64,000 nucleotides of DNA, from positions 4,273 to 68,272 of the forward strand of contig CAMVPB010000001.1 of the NCBI GenBank assembly GCA_947169285.1. The letters run 5' to 3'. The notes beneath the pieces were generated by a model that saw only the letters and a program-made list of their open reading frames with translations, had not been told where the DNA came from and ran no database searches. This document shows positions 25,928-35,133 of the stretch, piece after piece. The stretch's first letter is position 1; every line of letters begins with the position of its first letter. Source of the DNA: an uncultured bacterium. Its GTDB lineage: Bacteria > Bacillota_I > Bacilli_A > RF39 > UBA660. Made by a program: the position numbers and the translations under genes.

Positions 25928-26608
25928 CTATGGAATTTGTACATTATATTGGTCTGTCCATTGTGTCCATCCAGATGCGCCATCCCAAGTACGAAGACCT
26001 TCTTCATCAGCTACAACAACTTGAATAGTACCATGATAACTTTTACCTTGTAAGTAATTTTGAGCACTACCAGTTTCCTTTAATAAAGCTTTAAAAGTCC
26101 AAGTATGTGATGCGCTAGGTCCAGTTAAAGTACCTGTTGCAATTGCTTGACCGCAACCATCAGTTGATGGCATATCAGCATTACTTACTGGTGAACCAAC
26201 ACCAGTACCATTACCAGTCAAGCTGTAAACAAATTCATGTTTTGAATCTGCTGTTGCTGCTGCTGCTAAGTCTTTAGTAGCATCATTATTATTGTGTGCA
26301 TCAGTATTTGTGCATAAATAAATTTGATATACAACTGGAGAGCCTTCTTTAGTGTTTGCAGAATTTGTTACAGTAAATGTTTTAGTATCTGTCCATCCTG
26401 GATAAGCGTCTGTAATCTCAATACCAGCAGTAGTTCCATCAAATGTAACATCACCAACTTGAGCAGTAGTCACATGAATACTTGAAGCTGTTTCGTTACC
26501 TCTTGCTGTAATTGAGAAGTAAGCGAATGTAGCTCCAATGATTGCAACTAATAATGTAGCAATACCTACAACTGATAAGAAGATACTTTGTCCTCTATTG
26601 TTTTCCAT
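25928..26608 (-). CDS. TasA/camelysin-like secreted protein with SipW-type signal peptide (paralog 1, likely major subunit)
   Basis: GATFAYFS signal end, AYPGWTDTKTFTVTNSAN and HTWTFKALL..QNYLQGKSYHGTIQVVV. Strong AAGGAGGT RBS, its own promoter and terminator, and visibly less AT-rich codon usage than its neighbours. Confidence 0.75.
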   Translation of the reverse strand: MENNRGQSIFLSVVGIATLLVAIIGATFAYFSITARGNETASSIHVTTAQVGDVTFDGTTAGIEITDAYPGWTDTKTFTVTNSANTKEGSPVVYQIYLCTNTDAHNNNDATKDLAAAATADSKHEFVYSLTGNGTGVGSPVSNADMPSTDGCGQAIATGTLTGPSASHTWTFKALLKETGSAQNYLQGKSYHGTIQVVVADEEGLRTWDGASGWTQWTDQYNVQIP

Positions 26609-26635
26609 CCTTTCTTTTACCTCCTTTATGATACA

Positions 26636-26664
26636 ATCATACCAACATATAAAATTTTTTTCAA
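26636..26664 (-). promoter_or_regulatory. sigma-A-type promoter for paralog 1 (TTGAAA-17 nt-TGgTATGAT)
   Basis: The minus strand reads TTGAAA aaaattttatatgttgg TATGAT about 25 nt upstream of the ATG. Confidence 0.55.
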
Positions 26665-26740
26665 GATATTTTTTTAATTTTTTTAAAATATTTTTTTTCT
26701 TATATTAATATGATAGAATTATTTATAGTGGTGAAGTATT

Positions 26741-29263
26741 ATGATAAAAAGGTTTTTTAAAAATTATTATATAGAAATATTATCTTTTCTTATTCCAATG
26801 ATTATATTTTTAATGGCTTGCGCTTTTAATAAAATATATCCTTTTGGGGAAAATTATATAGTTGCTTATGATGGATCAGCTCAATATCCTGGGTTTACTA
26901 ATATATTAATGAACGCACTAAAAGGTAAACAAAGTTTATTCTATACATTTAAAGGAGGCCTTGGATATAACTTCTATGCTACTGCAATATACTATTTATT
27001 TAACCCAACTAATTTATTAGCGATTTTCTTTAATTCTGATAATACAATGATATTCTATGAACTAATAATATTTTTAAGAATTGGATTATGTGGATTAACA
27101 ATGTCTATATATTTAAGAAATAAAGAAAAATTAAATAAAGGAAGATTATTATTTAGTATTGCCTATGCCTTAATGGCTTATAATGTAGTATATTTTTATA
27201 ACTTTATGTATTTTGATACAGTTGTACTCCTACCTTTAGTTATATTAGGTCTTGATAAATTAATTGAAGGTAAAAGTTCTAAAACTTATATTATATTTTT
27301 AACTTTATCAATTATTTCAAATTATTATATAGGATCAATGGTATGCATATTTAGTTTATTATATTTTATCTATAAATACATAATAATCGATAAAAAGAAA
27401 AGAAAAGGACTTATAAAAAAGTTTATAATATCATCTCTACTTAGTGGACTTATGTGTGCTTTTGTATTAATACCAGAGTTCTTTGAATTAATGAGAGGTA
27501 AGGTTGACTTGTATCATCAAGAATATACTGTATATAATAAATGGAGTATGGACTTTTTATCTTCTTTTTATAGATTATCAATTGCATCTTATAGTAATAG
27601 AGATCAAATAGATGGAGCTCCTAATATATATTGTTCTTTACTAGTTTTAGTTTATACAATACTATTCTTCTTTAATAAAAAATATACTCTAAAAGAAAGA
27701 ATCGCTACTTTAGTATTCATATGTTTCTTCTTATTATGCTTTAGTTTTAACTTTTTAGATTATGCTTGGCAATTTTTCCAAAAACCTTGTTGGTATCCTA
27801 ATAGATATAGTTTTGTATTTTCTTTCTTACTTATTATTACAGCTTATAAAGCATATAATAATACAGAAAAAATTAAAATTAATAATAAATTATTATATTT
27901 AATCATTGCGTTATTAATAATTACTATTATAGGAGCTGCTTTTTATGAAAAAATATATGATAAAGGAATTGTTAAATTTATATTCTTGGCTTTATCTATT
28001 ATATGTGTCATAGAATACTCTTTTAGCTATAAAATTAAATTATTACCTTTTTTAATAACAACTATATTTTTATTTGAAGTCACTGCCAATACACTTCTTT
28101 CAGTTAGAGAGATTGGATTTGCTAAAAAAACAACCACTTATGATGAAACTTATAATGATATTAAAGAAACATTTAATTATATAGAAAAAATAGATCCTAT
28201 TAAAAATAATTTTTATAGATCTGATTCACAATCATGGACAAATATAAACAACCCTGGTACTTATAATTATAATGGACTTTTAGTATTTGACTCTGTTAGA
28301 AATGGAGCATTAATGCATTTCTTAGAATATTATGCTAAATACTCTGTTACTGATGAATGTTCAACTAGATTTAATGCCTTAAATCCGGTATTCACTTCAA
28401 TGCTTGGATTCAAATATATTGTAACAGGATCTAATCAAAACTATTATGAAAATATCAATGAAGAATTAAGATATAAAGTCTATAAAAATAATGAATACTT
28501 ATCTCTAGGTTTTATGGTAAACAGCGGGTTTAAAAACATTATATTACAGGAAAAAGAGCCTTATGAAAACACAAGCGAAATAATTAATAAAAGTATAAAC
28601 AAAGATCTAAATATATTTAAAAAAGATACTTATTCTTTAATAGAAAAGTATAAAGAGGATGATGAATACATTTATTACGATGCAAGTGTTGGTGGAGATG
28701 TATTATTTAGTGGAACGGCAGATAAAGATTACCTAATATTTCCTAACCCAAATCATGATAGCAATACTAGTAATTTTATGTATGTAAATGGTGGGGCTGA
28801 TATATATTATAATAATTTTACCCCTTACCTAATAAAAAAAGACACAAATTATACTATGAAATTTGTAACAAATGCAGAAAAAACTAGCAAAGATAAATTG
28901 TTTGTATATTTAATGAATATTGACGCTTATAAATCTTGGATAGAAGAAATAAAGAAGAATCAATTAGAAATAATTACGTATAAAAAAGATAATTATATAA
29001 AAGGCAAAATTAATGTTACAAAAGATAAAACAACATTATTTACATCTATTCCTTATGATGAAGGATGGAGAGTATTTGTTGATGGTAAAAAGGTAAAATA
29101 TGATAAATTATTAACTGCATTTATAGGAGTTGATTTAACTGAAGGAGAACATATAATTGAATTTAAATATATTCCTAAAGGATTTATAATTGCTTCAGTG
29201 ATTTCGCTTATATCTTTATTAGGGACAGCATTTTATATTAGAAAGCAAAAAACTGCTAAGTAA
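26741..29263 (+). CDS. YfhO-family polytopic membrane protein (GT-C-type glycosyltransferase family)
   Basis: 840 aa: an N-terminal ~430 aa with many TM helices, a large extracytoplasmic domain and a C-terminal TM helix, the typical YfhO architecture. Divergent from paralog 1. Confidence 0.7.
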   Translation: MIKRFFKNYYIEILSFLIPMIIFLMACAFNKIYPFGENYIVAYDGSAQYPGFTNILMNALKGKQSLFYTFKGGLGYNFYATAIYYLFNPTNLLAIFFNSDNTMIFYELIIFLRIGLCGLTMSIYLRNKEKLNKGRLLFSIAYALMAYNVVYFYNFMYFDTVVLLPLVILGLDKLIEGKSSKTYIIFLTLSIISNYYIGSMVCIFSLLYFIYKYIIIDKKKRKGLIKKFIISSLLSGLMCAFVLIPEFFELMRGKVDLYHQEYTVYNKWSMDFLSSFYRLSIASYSNRDQIDGAPNIYCSLLVLVYTILFFFNKKYTLKERIATLVFICFFLLCFSFNFLDYAWQFFQKPCWYPNRYSFVFSFLLIITAYKAYNNTEKIKINNKLLYLIIALLIITIIGAAFYEKIYDKGIVKFIFLALSIICVIEYSFSYKIKLLPFLITTIFLFEVTANTLLSVREIGFAKKTTTYDETYNDIKETFNYIEKIDPIKNNFYRSDSQSWTNINNPGTYNYNGLLVFDSVRNGALMHFLEYYAKYSVTDECSTRFNALNPVFTSMLGFKYIVTGSNQNYYENINEELRYKVYKNNEYLSLGFMVNSGFKNIILQEKEPYENTSEIINKSINKDLNIFKKDTYSLIEKYKEDDEYIYYDASVGGDVLFSGTADKDYLIFPNPNHDSNTSNFMYVNGGADIYYNNFTPYLIKKDTNYTMKFVTNAEKTSKDKLFVYLMNIDAYKSWIEEIKKNQLEIITYKKDNYIKGKINVTKDKTTLFTSIPYDEGWRVFVDGKKVKYDKLLTAFIGVDLTEGEHIIEFKYIPKGFIIASVISLISLLGTAFYIRKQKTAK

Positions 29264-29272
29264 TAGCAGTTT

Positions 29273-30187
29273 TTATTTAAATAATTTATTTATGTTTTTT
29301 TTAGGAACTAACATCGCCATATCATTGGCTACTCCAAAGTTAAATTCCTTTGTATTGTGTTTAAATTCATCACCATCTACACACCACGAACATGATGGTA
29401 TATTCTTAAATATCAATTTAAAATTATCTGTCTGATAATATTTAAAGAAACTAGGTAAGTTATTCATATCTCTCCTTTTTAAATAATGAAGAGCTTTTAA
29501 TATATCCCATCTATTTTCAATTTTACACATTAATACTTCAAATTTACTATCATTAAGTTTTACATCATTATATATGTAACTACCAGCTACTCTATTACTA
29601 TTAGTTACAAATATAAATGAATACTCTCCGCTATGTTTTTCACCATTTACTTCATATTCTATTTTGAATTGATGGAATGTTTCTTTTAATTTTTTTATTC
29701 CATAAAGAATATATGCAAGTCTTCCATATTTTTCTTTTAATTTCCTTGGAGTCGCATAAGCAATATCTACATATGAGCCTATACAAGCAACATAAATAAA
29801 TGGTCTATTATTTAAAAGGCATACATCTATATTTTTCTCAACGCCACTTAAAATTAATTCTAAATTACCAAATAAACTGTTAGTAAGTCCATACATATGT
29901 GCTACATCATTTTGAGTTCCAAATGGAAGTTGGGCAATTAAAAGAGGTTTTCTTCTTTTTAAATTACCTTCAATTGCTTCGTTTAAAGTTCCGTCTCCAC
30001 CTGCAACTAAAACTAAATCAGCACTTCTTATTTTTTTAACAATATTAGTAGCATCTCCCTTACATTTAGTCTCAATTAATTCAGTTTCATAATCATATTT
30101 TTTAAATATGTAATCATAGTTATTTATGTTTTTAAAAGGACTTTTCATTCCACTTTTAGGATTATAAATAATAACACATTTTTTCAT
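29273..30187 (-). CDS. diacylglycerol/lipid kinase (DagK/YegS family)
   Basis: N-terminal NPKSG region and the GGDGTLNE catalytic-domain motif. Confidence 0.8.
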   Translation of the reverse strand: MKKCVIIYNPKSGMKSPFKNINNYDYIFKKYDYETELIETKCKGDATNIVKKIRSADLVLVAGGDGTLNEAIEGNLKRRKPLLIAQLPFGTQNDVAHMYGLTNSLFGNLELILSGVEKNIDVCLLNNRPFIYVACIGSYVDIAYATPRKLKEKYGRLAYILYGIKKLKETFHQFKIEYEVNGEKHSGEYSFIFVTNSNRVAGSYIYNDVKLNDSKFEVLMCKIENRWDILKALHYLKRRDMNNLPSFFKYYQTDNFKLIFKNIPSCSWCVDGDEFKHNTKEFNFGVANDMAMLVPKKNINKLFK

Positions 30188-30191
30188 ATTC

Positions 30192-31514
30192 TTATCTCCT
30201 TACAACATATTTTTTTAGTAAATTTGTGGCTTTTTTAACACCGTGTTCACTTGCAATTCTTAAATATTCTATTCCCTTTTTTCTAGAATCTTTACCTAAT
30301 AGATAATAATATTTAGCTAAATTATAATAGCTATGATAATTTCTTTCTGTATATGGTGTTTCACTAGATTTTAAATAATATATATACGCAGTTTTTTTAT
30401 CTCCCTTTTTTCTATAATATTCTCCAACTTTATTTAAAGCCCAAGACTCACCCAAATCCGCACTTATTTTATAATATTTTAAAGCTTCTTCATATAAACC
30501 ATCTTTTTCACAAATAAGTCCCAAATTATTGTAAGCATAGGTATAACCAAGTTCGCTAGATTTCCTAAAATACTCTCTTGCTTTATTAATATCAACTTTT
30601 TTATCTTTAGTTATACCATCTCTATAACATATACCCATTGTATTTAAAGCAGCTGCGCTACCTAAAGAAATTGCTCTATTCAAATAACTCCAAGCAATAT
30701 CAAAATGAGTTTCTATTGTACCTATCTTGCCAGTTAAAATCATATAAGCAACCATCCAACAAGCTTTAGGATTATCAGATATTGTTGCTTTTACATAATA
30801 ATCATAACTTTTTTTATAATCTACCTTTCCACTAACTAAACCACTATATTCAAGCGACCCTAATTCAGCATTAGCATAACTATTATTCTTTTTGGCAAGT
30901 TCTTGCAAAGATGTTATATAACTAACCCCCTCTAATAATTTGACTTTCATATATGCTTCTAATTCATATTTATTTACTTTTAATTTAGTGTTTTGAATAT
31001 ATAAAGGTTGATTATTTTCTAAAATAGAATACATTAAGAATTCAATAATAGTTTCATATAAATTATTACTTTCTATTAATGCTTTTATGTTATTAGTAAA
31101 TTCTTTCTCTATATGTTTATCATTATTAGCTATTTTTAATAATTCTCTACATAATGTTTTTAAATTTTTATTATGATTTATTAATATTAAAGATTTTTCA
31201 TTTTTAACATATACATGATCATCTAATATACTTATTAAAGAAAGAACTATATCAATAAATACATTTTTATCTTCAATATATTTTTCTTTTAAATCAACAT
31301 ATATTTTTTTATATAAGACTCCTATTGGCCTATAACCAGTAGCATAGTTATTAACAGTTGTTGTATTAATATCATTCACATTAAAAACACTACAAAAGAT
31401 TTCCTTTTGTACACCAGTATTCTTATTTTTAGATATCTCTTTAACTAGTCTAAATACATTACCAAGTGAAAGATAATTCTTATTATCATTCATTTTTACG
31501 TAATTCTTTTCCAT
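30192..31514 (-). CDS. Sel1-like repeat (TPR-type) protein
   Basis: The C-terminal half has repeated A-x-x-x-LG..Y..G modules (AAALNTMGICYRDG, YAYNNLGLICEKDG, SWALNKVGEYYRKKGD). Confidence 0.7.
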   Translation of the reverse strand: MEKNYVKMNDNKNYLSLGNVFRLVKEISKNKNTGVQKEIFCSVFNVNDINTTTVNNYATGYRPIGVLYKKIYVDLKEKYIEDKNVFIDIVLSLISILDDHVYVKNEKSLILINHNKNLKTLCRELLKIANNDKHIEKEFTNNIKALIESNNLYETIIEFLMYSILENNQPLYIQNTKLKVNKYELEAYMKVKLLEGVSYITSLQELAKKNNSYANAELGSLEYSGLVSGKVDYKKSYDYYVKATISDNPKACWMVAYMILTGKIGTIETHFDIAWSYLNRAISLGSAAALNTMGICYRDGITKDKKVDINKAREYFRKSSELGYTYAYNNLGLICEKDGLYEEALKYYKISADLGESWALNKVGEYYRKKGDKKTAYIYYLKSSETPYTERNYHSYYNLAKYYYLLGKDSRKKGIEYLRIASEHGVKKATNLLKKYVVRR

Positions 31515-31550
31515 ATATCTATTTTATCAAATTTTCATATTAAAATCTAT

Positions 31551-32420
31551 TCATTCTGTAATACTATACACATTCTTAACTAATACATTTTTTATTATAT
31601 TATCCTCTATTTTATTAATCGAGAAAGTCTTATAACCCATTCTGTTTATAGATGTACCACAATGATATATAGTATTGTTATCTAATATAAAATATCTATC
31701 ATGAAATGTACTATTGTATATAACTTTTAAATTACTATATTGTTTATTATATTTGTCTATATCGACCTTTGTTAATAGATTGTTTTCTTTTGTTATTATA
31801 ATTACCTTAATCTTTAAATTTTTTATAATATCTAATAAACTTTTATCCGCATAGCCATCTATTATAATCAGTTCTTTATTAGCACTTTTAAATATATCTA
31901 ATACTTTTGAATATGAATCATATATTTCTCCAGGTAAATACAAATATTCACTTTCTTTATCAAACTTACTAAATATTTTTTCTATTTTTTCATCATGCTC
32001 TAGCAGTTTGTTATTTATATTACTAATTGATTTATATATATCTTTATTATCAATCAAATAGTGTCTCATAGATACAAAAGCTCTAATAATTCTCTTATTA
32101 GCATTTATCGCGATTTTACTTCTAAGTATCCCAGCTAGCATTGTCACGCCTAATTCAGTAAAAACATATGGATTATATCTTCTTCCACCAATCTTGCTTG
32201 AGGTGCCAAAATGGTACCTCAAATTTTTATATTCTTCATTTGTCAATTGAAAACAAAAGTCCTCATCAAATCTTTCTATATTTCTTTTAACTTGTCTATT
32301 TAGTGCTTTGGTCTCAACATCGTAAAGTATAGCTAAATCAGAGTCTAGCATCACTTGTTTTCCTCTTATCTCATATATTAAATCCTTTATATTTTTCTCT
32401 TTTTTAATAATCACTTCCAT
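31551..32420 (-). CDS. ORF6N-domain (KilA-N-related DNA-binding) protein with an uncharacterised C-terminal domain
   Basis: N-terminus IYEIRGKQVMLDSDLAILYDVETKALNRQVKRNIERFDEDFCFQLT matches the ORF6N pattern. Confidence 0.7.
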   Translation of the reverse strand: MEVIIKKEKNIKDLIYEIRGKQVMLDSDLAILYDVETKALNRQVKRNIERFDEDFCFQLTNEEYKNLRYHFGTSSKIGGRRYNPYVFTELGVTMLAGILRSKIAINANKRIIRAFVSMRHYLIDNKDIYKSISNINNKLLEHDEKIEKIFSKFDKESEYLYLPGEIYDSYSKVLDIFKSANKELIIIDGYADKSLLDIIKNLKIKVIIITKENNLLTKVDIDKYNKQYSNLKVIYNSTFHDRYFILDNNTIYHCGTSINRMGYKTFSINKIEDNIIKNVLVKNVYSITE

Positions 32421-32438
32421 CTTTACCTCCTTATTATT

Positions 32439-32473
32439 AAAAAAAGAGGTATACCTTTAAAAAGGTATACCTC
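32439..32473 (-). terminator. strong hairpin plus U7 located between promoters and the RBS of the ORF6N gene (leader terminator or operator palindrome)
   Basis: Perfect 13-nt arms GAGGTATACCTTT/AAAGGTATACCTC with a 2-nt spacer, followed on the minus strand by TTTTTTT. The GGAGGT RBS lies about 9 nt further on and the ATG at 32420. Confidence 0.6.
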
Positions 32474-32519
32474 GAATAGATATATTTTTCTTGCCTAAAA
32501 ATATAAATTATCGACATAA

Positions 32520-32588
32520 ATTGTATTATGAGTTCTTAGCAAGTCAACTCACATTATAATTATAGCGTAAAACAATTGTTCTTGTCAA
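32520..32588 (-). promoter_or_regulatory. two tandem sigma-A-type promoters facing the ORF6N gene
   Basis: On the minus strand: TTGACA (32583-32588)-18 nt-TATAAT (32559-32564), and TTGACT (32542-32547)-16 nt-TACAAT (32520-32525). Confidence 0.5.
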
Positions 32589-32684
32589 TTATAAATTAAT
32601 CTCTTCTTGTGGATTTTGTGTGGATGCCTAAATATAGACTTTTTTTAAAACAAATCTATATAATTATATTAGAAAGGAAAAATC

Positions 32685-33917
32685 ATGAAAAAAATTTTAA
32701 AAAATTATAAGCAATTAATTATATTATTAACTGCGATTGTTATTGGAGGAATTTTAGGAGTTATATTTAAAGAAAAAATAACATTCTTAAAACCATTTGG
32801 GGACTTATTCTTAAATTTACTTTTAATGATAATAGTGCCTCTTATATTTTTAACACTTTCTACTTCTATTGGAAAAATGAAAGAACCAAAAAGAATAGGA
32901 AAAATACTTTTAACAACAATCATCATGTTTGTAATAACATCTTTAGTTAGTGTTTTGATCGGAATATTCTCAACAAGAAGTATTAAATTAGTAGATACTA
33001 AAAATGGAGAATATATAAAAGAATCTTTAACTGTCACAGAAGAAAGTGAAAATGTAGAGTCTACTAACTATTTAGAAAAAACAGTAAACACCATAAGTGT
33101 TAATGACTTTTCTAAATTACTAACAAAAGAAAACATGATAGCATTAATTTTGTTCTCTATATTATTTGGTTTATCATTGAATTTGTCTAAAGAAAAAGGT
33201 GCTAAATTACTAGAAGTATTAGATAGTGCGAATAATGTATTACAAAAGTTAATAAAAATTATAATGTACTATGCTCCTATTGGTCTTGGATGTTACTTTG
33301 CAGCATTAATTGGAACATACGGAAATGATATTGCACTTGGTTATGGTAAAACATTTATCATTTATTTAATAATTTCAATATTTGTATACTTAATAATTTA
33401 TTCATTATATGCATTTATTGCAGGTGGTAAAAAGGGATTAATTAGTTATTGGAAAAATATATTACCAGCTACTATTACAGCAGTATCTACTTGTTCATCA
33501 GCGGCTTCTATTCCAGTTAATGTAGAATGCTCTAAAAAAATAGGAGTTTCTGATGATATTGCAAATACTGTTATACCTCTTGGAACTAACTTCCATAAAG
33601 ATGGATCTATTATAGGTAGTGTATTTAAAATAATGTTTTTAGTAAATTTATTCAATTCAAATGTAAGTTTTTTAAAAATACTAGCAGTTGCCTTACTTGC
33701 TACTCTTCTTGTAACTGCTGTTCCTATTGGTGGAGGAACAATATCAGAAATGTTAATAATAACTCTTTTAGGATTCCCTGTATATGCTTTACCAATACTT
33801 ACAATAATTGCAACTATAATTGATGCACCTGCAACAGTATTAAACGTTACAGGAGATACTGCATCTAGTATGTTAGTATCAAGAATAGTTGATAAGAAAA
33901 AGTTATTAAAAGAATAG
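32685..33917 (+). CDS. dicarboxylate/amino acid:cation symporter (DAACS family)
   Basis: 410 aa, polytopic. Carries SSAASIPV, PLGTNFHKDGS and GDTASSM-type reentrant-loop motifs characteristic of the family. Confidence 0.8.
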   Translation: MKKILKNYKQLIILLTAIVIGGILGVIFKEKITFLKPFGDLFLNLLLMIIVPLIFLTLSTSIGKMKEPKRIGKILLTTIIMFVITSLVSVLIGIFSTRSIKLVDTKNGEYIKESLTVTEESENVESTNYLEKTVNTISVNDFSKLLTKENMIALILFSILFGLSLNLSKEKGAKLLEVLDSANNVLQKLIKIIMYYAPIGLGCYFAALIGTYGNDIALGYGKTFIIYLIISIFVYLIIYSLYAFIAGGKKGLISYWKNILPATITAVSTCSSAASIPVNVECSKKIGVSDDIANTVIPLGTNFHKDGSIIGSVFKIMFLVNLFNSNVSFLKILAVALLATLLVTAVPIGGGTISEMLIITLLGFPVYALPILTIIATIIDAPATVLNVTGDTASSMLVSRIVDKKKLLKE

Positions 33918-33958
33918 AAAAATATATAATTTTATGTTATAAATAATATGGTGATAAT

Positions 33959-35128
33959 ATGAAAAAAATAATTTTAATAATTACCATATTATTTTTATTT
34001 GGATGTTCTCCTAAAAATAAAGAAGTCGTTCTTATAACAAATATAAATGTAAAAAAAGATACAATTGAATATTATGAAAAAGTAAATCTTTATGATTTAA
34101 TTGAAATTGAAAATGGAACTATTATAGATGAAAACTATTCAATCAACACAAAAGAATTAGGTGAACAAGAAATAATTATTAAATATAAAGATTCAAATAA
34201 AGATATATCAACATATAAATTTAATATTTCAGTTAATGATACAACTCCACCACTTATATTCGCATCTAAAAAGTACTCAGTTGAAAAAAATGATAAAAAA
34301 TTTAATTTAATTGATAAAGTAGTATGTGGAGATAACTATGATAGAGAGATAAAATGTGAAATAGAAGGTACATATGATATTAATAAACTCGGAGAATATC
34401 CAGTTAAAATAACATCCACTGATACACACGGTAATACTACTTCTAAAGATTCAATTGTAGTTGTTAAAGATAAAATAAAAAACAGTGATCCTACTTATTA
34501 TTATTTAAAAGATTTTATAGAAAAATATAAAACAAATGATACAACAATAGGAATAGATGTTTCAACTTGGCAAGGAACTATTGATTGGAATAAAGTTAAA
34601 TCTTCTGGTGTGGATGCAGCAATGATAAGAATTGGATATGGTTCAAAAAATAAAAGTACGATGGATAAAAAATTTAAAGAAAATATTAAAAATGCTAAAA
34701 ATGCAGGTATAAAAGTAGGAATATATTATTATAGTTATGCCAATGATATAAATGAAGCTATTAACCAAGCCAAATGGATAATGAGTGTGTTAAATGGTGA
34801 AAAACTAGATCTTCCAATCGCATTTGATTGGGAAGATTGGTCAGACTTTATGAGCTATAAAATAAATTTTAATGATTTAAATGACATTGCTAATTCTTTT
34901 ATGGAAGAAATAGAAAAAAACGGATATAAAGCAATTAATTATGGAAGTGCTAGATATATGGAACAAGTATGGGATACTCCAAAATATCCAACATGGCTTG
35001 CATATTATACTGATAACAATGACTTTGAAGAAGAATATATAATGTGGCAAGTAGCAAGTGATGGAATTGTTCCTGGAATAAATGGTTATGTTGATTTAGA
35101 TATAATAAAAAATACTATCTTTGAATAG
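33959..35128 (+). CDS. lipoprotein with a C-terminal GH25 muramidase domain
   Basis: Lipobox LFLFGC. The C-terminus GIDVSTWQGTIDWNKVKSSGVDAAMIRIGYG is a GH25 signature. The N-terminal part looks Ig-like. Confidence 0.8.
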   Translation: MKKIILIITILFLFGCSPKNKEVVLITNINVKKDTIEYYEKVNLYDLIEIENGTIIDENYSINTKELGEQEIIIKYKDSNKDISTYKFNISVNDTTPPLIFASKKYSVEKNDKKFNLIDKVVCGDNYDREIKCEIEGTYDINKLGEYPVKITSTDTHGNTTSKDSIVVVKDKIKNSDPTYYYLKDFIEKYKTNDTTIGIDVSTWQGTIDWNKVKSSGVDAAMIRIGYGSKNKSTMDKKFKENIKNAKNAGIKVGIYYYSYANDINEAINQAKWIMSVLNGEKLDLPIAFDWEDWSDFMSYKINFNDLNDIANSFMEEIEKNGYKAINYGSARYMEQVWDTPKYPTWLAYYTDNNDFEEEYIMWQVASDGIVPGINGYVDLDIIKNTIFE

Positions 35129-35133
35129 TATTT

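Noticed and set aside
17993-29263. The fibre/NTPase block as a mobile genomic island or prophage remnant.
   Set aside because: No integrase, transposase, flanking direct repeats or adjacent tRNA, and no obvious compositional break other than the highly expressed-looking paralog 1. Mobility cannot be supported from this window.
32474-32684. Riboswitch or T-box in the ~260-nt region upstream of the DAACS transporter gene.
   Set aside because: No T-box sequence, specifier-loop context or other conserved riboswitch core that I can recognise. The region is better explained by divergent promoters.
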